A stretch of 6,841 bases of DNA from an uncultured Muribaculaceae bacterium (GTDB taxonomy: Bacteria; Bacillota_I; Bacilli_A; RF39; UBA660), in contig CAZJTX010000014.1 in NCBI GenBank assembly GCA_964549115.1, positions 1 to 6,841 of the forward strand, given 5' to 3'. The translations under genes and the position numbers were made by a program. This document shows positions 1-5,597 of the stretch, in pieces. The notes beneath the pieces were generated by a model. That model was not told the DNA's origin. It saw only the letters and a list, made by a program, of their open reading frames with translations, and did no database searches. The stretch's first letter is position 1; every line of letters begins with the position of its first letter.

Positions 1-2
1 CT

Positions 3-65
3 CTTTCCTCTGAACTCTCTGTGTCAGGATCGGGCCACTGGAATGATCCATATATAGTAGAATAA
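3..65 (+). CDS. Possible 3' end of an upstream + strand ORF, truncated by the window start; candidate tail of the DGR target (variable) protein
   Basis: Frame 3 is open from the window edge to TAA at 63-65 (..LSSELSVSGSGHWNDPYIVE*). The first ~50 nt are much GC-richer than the surrounding intergenic DNA. A hairpin plus T-tract follows at 99-152. Aligning 3-14 to the DNA just after the TR (356-367) keeps the TR reading frame in register with this frame. Frame 1 is also open, to TAG at 55-57, so the frame choice is tentative. Confidence 0.3.
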   Translation, partial: LSSELSVSGSGHWNDPYIVE

Positions 66-98
66 TAAGTATAGAGAAAGCCTATATATCTAAACAAT

Positions 99-152
99 CT
101 CACTTTGACTCCTCAAAGTGAGCACGAAAGTGTTTCTTTGTTTCTTTCTTTG
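99..152 (+). terminator. Candidate intrinsic terminator: perfect 10-bp hairpin, GAAA-loop mini-hairpin, then a T-rich tract
   Basis: 99-108 ctcactttga pairs perfectly with 113-122 tcaaagtgag (loop ctcc). 123-132 is cac-gaaa-gtg. It is followed directly by tttctttgtttctttcttt (133-151). The position fits termination of a + strand gene ending near 65. Confidence 0.4.
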
Positions 153-180
153 TTAAAAGAAAGAAAAGGTTTAAATTTTC

Positions 181-209
181 TTGACAAAATAAAAATATTT
201 TGATAATTT
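181..209 (+). promoter_or_regulatory. Candidate sigma-A type promoter with extended -10, driving the TR-avd-RT transcript
   Basis: TTGACA at 181-186, a 17-nt spacer, then TG (201-202)-a-TAATTT (204-209). The hexamer matches TATAAT at positions 1, 2 and 6. The predicted start near 215-218 lies just 5' of the TR candidate. Confidence 0.5.
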
Positions 210-226
210 AAAATTGCATCGGAGAG

Positions 227-355
227 ATGCTGGGATATGTTACTATGGTGTCGCCGTATAACGTAAATACTAATAACGCTAACGAGTTTCACTTGAATTC
301 GTCCGGCACTGTGAATAACAACAATGTGAACAATACAAATGGCGTGCGTCCCGTA
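227..355 (+). repeat. DGR template repeat (TR) candidate; boundaries approximate because no VR is available to align
   Basis: About 42% GC by hand count, in a locus that is far more AT-rich. The region is non-coding, but in one frame it reads (M)LGYVTMVSPYNVNTNNANEFHLNSSGTVNNNNVNNTNGVRPV. That frame holds 13 AAY codons over 260-340, and 26 of ~39 adenines sit in them. It ends with G-V-R-P-V, like the G-x-R-x-V ends of C-type-lectin-fold VRs. The GC-rich element ggcgtgcgtcccg (341-353) lies at the 3' end. Confidence 0.65.
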
Positions 356-542
356 TTTTCCTTTTAAACAATGGATGATAACTCCATAACATAGTTTATT
401 AGAGAGTGAAAGTTAGGGATCAGAAGAAAGGAAACAAACATAGTCCATGGCTTAGTCCTAAAAACGGAAGGATATATAATTACTTTGGCTTAGTAAATAA
501 TTGAAAAGTCGATACTAATTATGTCCTTTTTTAAGGAAATTT

Positions 543-890
543 ATGGAAAAATTTCAAATTTTTAGAAAAAGTCAATCTTTGTTTCAATACATAAGAAGAT
601 ATGTAATTATAAGCATTCCTAAAATACATAGTACTTATAGATTGAAATTAGACGAATATTTAATTTTATTAAACGAAAACATAATAAAGGCAAACTTGAA
701 TGTTAAAAATGTTAGAATAAGAGAAAAGTATCAAAAAGAAGCCCTATCTAATATTGCCATGATAGAATTGCTAATTAGAATATTAAAAGAAGAGGGAATA
801 ATAAGCGGTAAGAGATTTTTGGTTGTAGTCAATAATTTAAATGAAATAAACAAAATGTTGTATGGGTGGATTAATGAAAAGGAAAGGTAA
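543..890 (+). CDS. avd: Accessory variability determinant (Avd)-like four-helix-bundle protein (23S rRNA-intervening-sequence protein family)
   Basis: 115 aa, predicted all-helical and basic. The S-I-P-K-I-H-x-x-Y-R segment and the C-terminal E-I-N-K-M-L-Y-G-W-I resemble patterns I recall in Avd/four-helix-bundle proteins. An aagga RBS lies at 533-537. The ORF sits immediately upstream of the RT gene and overlaps it. Confidence 0.7.
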   Translation: MEKFQIFRKSQSLFQYIRRYVIISIPKIHSTYRLKLDEYLILLNENIIKANLNVKNVRIREKYQKEALSNIAMIELLIRILKEEGIISGKRFLVVVNNLNEINKMLYGWINEKER

Positions 891-2148
891 TTATTATTAC
901 GACAACTTAAATTATACAAATATACACAAAAGTTATAAAAATGTTAGAAAAACTTGTAAAAACAAACAAAAGTTGAATAATTATTTAATAAATGAATCAC
1001 TTAATTTATTTGGTATTTTAGATGGTTTGTATAATAAAAATTATAATTTTTATAATTATAATATATTCTTAATAAAAGAACCAAAATATAGAATAGTAAT
1101 GAGTGAGGAAATTAGTGATAAGGTTGTAAGTTATTTTATAAGCGAGCATTTATTAAGACCTTATATAGAACCAAGTTTGTTATATAGCAATGTCGCAACA
1201 AGAAAGAATAAAGGTTCTAGTCTTGCTTATAATTTATTTGAAAAGTATGTGAAAAGGATAGGTTTGAGTAAAGAAATTTATGTACTTAGATTAGACATTT
1301 CTAAGTATTTTTATAATATAGACCACAAAATATTAATAAATAAAATAAAAAGAAAAATAAAGGATAAAGATGTAATTGATTTAATAACAAAATTAATAAA
1401 AAGAACTGATAGCAAGTATGTAAATAAAAAAATAAATTATATAAAAGAAAGCGAAGCAAAACATATAAAGAAAAAAAACATAAAAGAAAGCGAGAAGAAA
1501 AAAAGAATAGAAGAAATTAGTAAAATACCCACATATGATGCTGGTAAAGGGTTAAGTATAGGAAATATAACTTCTCAATTATTGGCAGTCTTTTATTTAA
1601 ACGATATAGATCATTATATAAAAGAAAATCTTAAACATAAGCATTACATAAGATATATGGATGATTTAATAATATTGTCTTCGGATAAAGAAAAACTTAC
1701 AAAAGATTTTGTTAAAATAAGTAGTAAAATAAAAGAAGAAAAATTATCAATAAATCCTAAAAGTAAAATTCATGTTTTAAATAAAGGTTTTACTTTTTTA
1801 GGATATACATATAATATAAAGGATAATAGATTAATAAAAAGAGTTAAAAACATTAATAAAAGGAAGATTAGGAAGAAATTGTCGTATTTAAAATGTAATG
1901 ATTACAACAAATATTTTTTGTCGTTAATTAGTTATAAAGGATATATAAAGGGGATATATAATTTAGATAAAGAGTATGAGTTTTTATGTAATGTGTATAG
2001 TGATTATTATATATATTTTATAAACAAAGATGTTCTAAAAAGAAATAATAATAAAAAATTTAAAGAGTTATCAAATAAAGATAGGTATATAATATTAAGA
2101 GATAACAAGGTACTAATAAATAATGTGTTTGACACCGATATTAATTAA
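862..2148 (+). CDS. Reverse transcriptase, DGR class
   Basis: Motif 1 is EPKYRIV. Motif 2 is SDKVV...L. Motif 2a is ATRKNKGS. Motif 3 is LRLDISKYFYNIDH (1285-1326). Motif 4 is GLSIGNITSQ (IGNITSQ at 1558-1578): the I/L-G-x-x-x-S-Q form is DGR-type, whereas retron and group II RTs have Q-G-x-x-x-S-P. Motif 5 is YIRYMDDLIIL (YMDD at 1654-1665). Motif 7 is GFTFLGYTY. The start is ATG 862 or ATG 874, and both overlap the end of avd. Confidence 0.88.
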   Translation: MGGLMKRKGNYYYDNLNYTNIHKSYKNVRKTCKNKQKLNNYLINESLNLFGILDGLYNKNYNFYNYNIFLIKEPKYRIVMSEEISDKVVSYFISEHLLRPYIEPSLLYSNVATRKNKGSSLAYNLFEKYVKRIGLSKEIYVLRLDISKYFYNIDHKILINKIKRKIKDKDVIDLITKLIKRTDSKYVNKKINYIKESEAKHIKKKNIKESEKKKRIEEISKIPTYDAGKGLSIGNITSQLLAVFYLNDIDHYIKENLKHKHYIRYMDDLIILSSDKEKLTKDFVKISSKIKEEKLSINPKSKIHVLNKGFTFLGYTYNIKDNRLIKRVKNINKRKIRKKLSYLKCNDYNKYFLSLISYKGYIKGIYNLDKEYEFLCNVYSDYYIYFINKDVLKRNNNKKFKELSNKDRYIILRDNKVLINNVFDTDIN

Positions 2149-2157
2149 TAATATAAT
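2129..2157 (+). promoter_or_regulatory. Consensus sigma-A promoter of the rpmH operon
   Basis: TTGACA (2129-2134), an exact 17-nt spacer, then TATAAT (2152-2157). It lies ~25 nt upstream of the rpmH ATG and is followed by an AAGGAGG RBS (2171-2177). It overlaps the final RT codons (..NVFDTDIN*). Confidence 0.65.
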
Positions 2158-2181
2158 GATTATTAGCAAGAAGGAGGTCTC

Positions 2182-2310
2182 ATGAAAAGAACTTGGCAAC
2201 CTAATAAAAGAAAAACGAAAAAGAATCATGGTTTTTTTGCTAGAAAGAAAAGTAAATCAGGAATACTTAATCGTAGACGTAAAAAAGGAAGAAAAAGACT
2301 AACACATTAA
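2182..2310 (+). CDS. rpmH: 50S ribosomal protein L34
   Basis: Not in the ORF track. Hand translation gives [42 protein letters not shown] (42 aa), which has the canonical L34 pattern MKRT(W/F/Y)QP..rkr.k.HGF..R. There is a strong AAGGAGG RBS, and the position upstream of rnpA is the conserved one. Confidence 0.92.
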   Translation: MKRTWQPNKRKTKKNHGFFARKKSKSGILNRRRKKGRKRLTH

Positions 2311-2332
2311 AAATGTGTGTTTTTTATATATA

Positions 2333-2656
2333 ATGAAAAGATATGAAACTGTAAAGAGCAAAAGAGATTTTGATTATATTATAAAAAATGGAAAGAAATA
2401 TCAAAATAAGCATATTTCTGTTTTTGAATTAAAAAATAAGGAAGAAATAGCATTGTTTGGAATAGCGGTGTCTAAAAAGCTAGGTAATGCGGTATTTAGA
2501 AATAAAAAAAGAAGACAAATAAGATGTATTCTTGATAAATATAAGTATGAGTTTAAAAATAAGCATAGTTATATTATAATATTAAAAGAGGCCGGATCTA
2601 AAATTTCATATAAAATCTTAGAAGAAAGCATCAAAAATTTATTAAAAGAGGTCTAA
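2333..2656 (+). CDS. rnpA: Ribonuclease P protein component
   Basis: Contains the RNR motif region VSKKLGNAVFRNKKRRQIR and the N-terminal KSKRDFDYI. Size is ~107 aa and the rpmH-rnpA synteny is conserved. The track ORF starts at GTG 2315, but the ATG at 2333 (MKRYETVK..) is the more likely start. Confidence 0.85.
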   Translation: MKRYETVKSKRDFDYIIKNGKKYQNKHISVFELKNKEEIALFGIAVSKKLGNAVFRNKKRRQIRCILDKYKYEFKNKHSYIIILKEAGSKISYKILEESIKNLLKEV

Positions 2657-2657
2657 A

Positions 2658-3656
2658 ATGAATAAAAAAAAGATAATTATATTAATAATAGCTATGTTAT
2701 TTATAACCGGTTGTGGTAATAAAAAATATATTATTGATGATAAGGGAAATCCTTTAAAATATGAGGCGACAGGGCAAATGTTGGAAAATAACCTGTTATG
2801 TAGTCCAAGTAAAGATACTGAAGTATATAAATTATATAAAGAAAACGAAAAGCAATTAGTTTTTAAACTAGAAGAATTACCTAATTGTAATAATTTTAAA
2901 TTATCTTCAACAAAATCAAAGTCAATTTGGGAACACGTAGTAGTTAAAAGTACTGCATGGGTAATATTAAAAATAGGTAAAATTGTTAAAAATTTAGGTG
3001 TTTCTGTAATGATAGTAGGACTATTAATTAGAATTATATTAATGCCTCTTCAGATAAAAACTACTAAACAATCACAAAATATGAAGAAGGCAACGCCTGA
3101 AATACAAAAAATTGAAAGAAAATATAAGGATAAAACAGATAATGAATCAATGATGGCTAAGAGTCAAGAAATGATGTTGGTTTATAAAAAATATAAAGTA
3201 AACCCTGTATCAAGTTGTATAACAGCGTTTATTCAATTACCAATATTTTTAGCGTTTTTGCAGGCTATTTATAGAATACCTGTTATTTATGAACAAAAAT
3301 TATTGGGTTGGAATTTAGGTATGACCCCATCAGTTGGAATATCTAAGGGACATTATTCATATATCGCATTATTAATACTAATAATATTATCAACTTTCTT
3401 CTCGTTTAAATATTCTATGAGTCAAACTCCTCAAATGGGAGATGATAGTAAAAAACAAACAAATACAATGTTATATGTAATGATGGGTATAATAACATTA
3501 GCGTCGTTTAGTTTACCAACCGCAATAGCGTTATATTGGATTGTAACTAATGCATTTATATCGGTACAAACATTTATAACTACAAAGTTATTAGATGATA
3601 ATAAAAAAAGTAAAGTAAAAGTTAAAGTAGGTAAAAAAAATGGAAAAAATAAGTAG
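2658..3656 (+). CDS. yidC: Membrane protein insertase YidC (Gram-positive lipoprotein type, SpoIIIJ/YqjG-like)
   Basis: The signal peptide has a lipobox, ..LFITGC, with Cys19. Conserved insertase segments are present: PLQIKTTKQSQNMKKATPEIQKIERKYK, VNPVSSCITAFIQLPIF and LPTAIALYWIVTNAFISVQ. The C-terminal tail is lysine-rich. An aagagg RBS lies at 2646-2651. Confidence 0.9.
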   Translation: MNKKKIIILIIAMLFITGCGNKKYIIDDKGNPLKYEATGQMLENNLLCSPSKDTEVYKLYKENEKQLVFKLEELPNCNNFKLSSTKSKSIWEHVVVKSTAWVILKIGKIVKNLGVSVMIVGLLIRIILMPLQIKTTKQSQNMKKATPEIQKIERKYKDKTDNESMMAKSQEMMLVYKKYKVNPVSSCITAFIQLPIFLAFLQAIYRIPVIYEQKLLGWNLGMTPSVGISKGHYSYIALLILIILSTFFSFKYSMSQTPQMGDDSKKQTNTMLYVMMGIITLASFSLPTAIALYWIVTNAFISVQTFITTKLLDDNKKSKVKVKVGKKNGKNK

Positions 3657-4251
3657 TGAAGGTAAAACGTTTGAAGAGGCAATTGATCAATTAAAAGAAA
3701 AAGGTTATGTAGAAGAAGAATATGTATTTACTAAAGAAGAATCAACAAGTGGATTATTTAAACATAAAAATATAACACTTAATGCATATAAAAAAGAAGA
3801 TATATATGATGCGATAAAATCTTTTTTAAAAGACGTTATAGAAAATTTAGGACTAGAAGTGTCATTTGAAGTTAAAACTAAAGACGAAAGAACAACCATT
3901 CAAATATATACCGACAATAATTCTTTAATTATTGGTAGGGGCGGAAATACTATAAAAGCTTTAGAAACGTTAGTTAAACAGTATATATATAATTTAATAG
4001 GAGTTAATTTTATAGTTTCGTTAGATGTTGAAAACTATAAAGGTAAAAAACAAAAAAGAATTATAAGAATGGCTAAAGATTTAGCTAGAGAAGTTTCAAG
4101 AACAAAAATTAGAGTAGAGATGGATAGTATGAATTCTTTTGAAAGAAGGATAGTTCATAGTGCTCTATCTAATTATAGAGGAGTATCAACAAAGAGTGAA
4201 GGGGAAGAACCAAATAGGTATGTAGTAATCATGCCTGAAGATAAGGATTAA
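3640..4251 (+). CDS. jag: Jag/KhpB RNA-binding protein (Jag_N + KH + R3H domains)
   Basis: The N-terminus EGKTFEEAIDQLKEKG is Jag_N-like. A KH GxxG motif is present (IIGRGGNTIKALETLV), as is an R3H region (SFERRIVHSAL). The position between yidC and mnmE is conserved. It overlaps yidC by 17 nt. Confidence 0.85.
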   Translation: MEKISSEGKTFEEAIDQLKEKGYVEEEYVFTKEESTSGLFKHKNITLNAYKKEDIYDAIKSFLKDVIENLGLEVSFEVKTKDERTTIQIYTDNNSLIIGRGGNTIKALETLVKQYIYNLIGVNFIVSLDVENYKGKKQKRIIRMAKDLAREVSRTKIRVEMDSMNSFERRIVHSALSNYRGVSTKSEGEEPNRYVVIMPEDKD

Positions 4252-4252
4252 T

Positions 4253-5596
4253 ATGGAAGACACAATATGTGCAATCAGTTCAGGTATAGGGGAAGGTGCT
4301 ATATCAATAATAAGAGTGTCTGGTAAAGACGCTTTTTTAATCGTGAATAAAATTTTTAATAAAAATATATTAAAAGAAAAAAGTCATACTATTAAATATG
4401 GCTATATTATGGATGGAAAAAAAGTTGTAGACGAAGTTTTATTAATGATGATGAGATCACCAAAAACATATACAACGGAGGATATAATAGAAATTAATTG
4501 TCATGGTGGACACACAGTAGCAACCAAAGTATTAGAATTATTATTAAATAATGGATGTAGATTAGCTGAAGCAGGTGAGTTTACTAAAAGAGCATTTTTA
4601 AACGGACGAATTGACTTAACAAAAGCTGAAGCAGTTAATGATTTAATAAGTGCTAAAACAGATAAAGCAAGAGAACTTGCTATAAACACAGTAAGGGGTA
4701 ATTTATATAATAAAATTAATAATTTAAGAAACAGTATTGTTAAAATAATAGCTAACATAGAGGTTAATATAGATTATCCGGAATATAAAGATGAAGTAGA
4801 AGTAACTCACGATATGATTAAAACTCATTTAAAAGAAGTAAAAGAAGAACTTACAAACATAGTAAAAGAATCTAATGAATCGGATATCGTTAGATATGGA
4901 TTAAATGTAGCAATAGTGGGTAAACCTAATGTGGGAAAGAGTAGTTTGCTTAATATTTTAATAGATGAAGAAAAAGCAATTGTAACGGACATACCAGGTA
5001 CAACAAGGGATGTAGTAGAAGGTTCTATTATATTAGAGGGAATACCTATTAACTTTTTAGATACCGCAGGATTAAGAGATACAAAAGACATAGTCGAACA
5101 AATTGGTGTTAAAAAAAGTTATAAAGTAATTGATAAAGCCGACTTAATAATAGTGGTTTTAAATTATAATGAATTATTAACTAAAGAAGAAGAAAAGTTT
5201 ATAAAAGAGTTAGATAATAACAAATTAATTGTTTTTGTTAATAAAGATGACTTAAATAAAAAAATAGACATCAATTTCGATAATACAATATATGGAAATA
5301 CATTGTCGTTAGAGGGTATAAGAGAGTTAAAAAATAAAATAATCGACATGTTTAAATTAAAAGAATTAGTAAATAAAGATATAACTTATTTAAGTAATAT
5401 AAGACAAATAGATTTAATTAATAAAAGTATTAAATCTATTGAAAACGCAATTAAAAGCGAAAAAGAAGGGTTGCCTTTAGATTTAATAGAAATAGATCTT
5501 AAAGAATCATGGAAATATTTAGGTGAATTAACTGGTGAATTTTACGATGAGGAATTAGTTCACGAGTTATTTACTAATTTTTGTTTGGGAAAATAA
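4253..5596 (+). CDS. mnmE: tRNA modification GTPase MnmE (TrmE/ThdF)
   Basis: The N-terminus DTICAISSGIGEGAISIIRVSG is typical. G1 is GKPNVGKSSLLN, G2 is PGTTRD, G3 is DTAG and G4 is NKDD. The diagnostic C-terminal C-L-G-K tetrapeptide is present. Confidence 0.95.
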   Translation: MEDTICAISSGIGEGAISIIRVSGKDAFLIVNKIFNKNILKEKSHTIKYGYIMDGKKVVDEVLLMMMRSPKTYTTEDIIEINCHGGHTVATKVLELLLNNGCRLAEAGEFTKRAFLNGRIDLTKAEAVNDLISAKTDKARELAINTVRGNLYNKINNLRNSIVKIIANIEVNIDYPEYKDEVEVTHDMIKTHLKEVKEELTNIVKESNESDIVRYGLNVAIVGKPNVGKSSLLNILIDEEKAIVTDIPGTTRDVVEGSIILEGIPINFLDTAGLRDTKDIVEQIGVKKSYKVIDKADLIIVVLNYNELLTKEEEKFIKELDNNKLIVFVNKDDLNKKIDINFDNTIYGNTLSLEGIRELKNKIIDMFKLKELVNKDITYLSNIRQIDLINKSIKSIENAIKSEKEGLPLDLIEIDLKESWKYLGELTGEFYDEELVHELFTNFCLGK

Positions 5597-5597
5597 A

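Larger units (their letters stand above)
181..2148 (+). other. Diversity-generating retroelement (DGR) core cassette: promoter - TR - spacer - avd - RT; VR/target not in window
   Basis: Three co-oriented elements support the call: an RT with DGR-type motif 4, an Avd-like accessory ORF overlapping it, and an upstream non-coding segment with TR hallmarks. See the individual features. Confidence 0.75.

Noticed and set aside
1-60. The GC-rich window edge as a structured RNA gene (tRNA, tmRNA, SRP or RNase P RNA, T-box), or as a minus-strand CDS starting at the ATG complementary to 49-51 (MDHSSGPILTQRVQRKE..)
   Set aside because: I could not recognise a T-arm/CCA, an SRP domain IV, or tmRNA or RNase P signatures. 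The minus-strand ATG has no RBS, and no plausible promoter lies in 60-180. The + strand coding-tail reading, followed by a terminator-like hairpin, fits better but remains unproven.
310-318. DnaA-box-like 9-mer tgtgaataa (one mismatch to TGTGGATAA), interesting because rpmH is normally next to oriC
   Set aside because: It is a single isolated near-match that falls inside the AAY-rich TR. There is no cluster of boxes and no adjacent AT-rich unwinding element distinguishable from background.
227-367. 46-codon ATG..TAA ORF covering the TR candidate
   Set aside because: There is no RBS, and it starts ~10 nt from the predicted transcription start. Its Asn-AAY-saturated composition is best explained as the non-translated template copy of a VR, not as a gene.
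731-919. 62-aa minus-strand ORF from the track
   Set aside because: It lies entirely antisense to the avd/RT junction, has a low-complexity hydrophobic translation, and has no RBS or recognisable motif. This is a typical antisense open frame in AT-rich DNA.
1471-1504. A8 (1471-1478) and A7 (1498-1504) homopolymer runs inside the RT gene as possible slipped-strand phase-variation switches
   Set aside because: Similar A7-A8 runs occur in housekeeping genes of this window, for example at the start of yidC and just before jag. They reflect base composition and Lys-AAA usage rather than a specific switch.
862-2148. Alternative readings of the RT as a retron RT, a group II intron maturase or an Abi/UG defence RT
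   Set aside because: Motif 4 is I-G-x-x-x-S-Q rather than Q-G-x-x-x-S-P. There is no intron RNA domain V/VI-like structure, maturase X domain or endonuclease domain. I could find no msr/msd-style flanking inverted repeats. An Avd-like partner and an AAY-rich TR are present. These alternatives cannot be fully excluded without phylogeny.
2315-2332. GTG-initiated 6-codon N-terminal extension of rnpA, as given in the ORF track
   Set aside because: The extension (MCFLYI) starts 4 nt after the rpmH stop and has no RBS. The ATG at 2333 gives the typical RnpA N-terminus (MKRYETVKSKRDF..).
3431-3899. Minus-strand ORFs 3431-3682 and 3705-3899
   Set aside because: They are antisense to the well-supported yidC and jag genes. 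They show no motifs, and their F/L/S-rich composition is what the complement of Lys/Glu-rich coding DNA produces.
4501-5349. Minus-strand ORFs 4501-4758, 4825-5091 and 5164-5349
   Set aside because: All three are embedded antisense in mnmE, whose G1-G4 and CLGK motifs firmly fix the coding strand.
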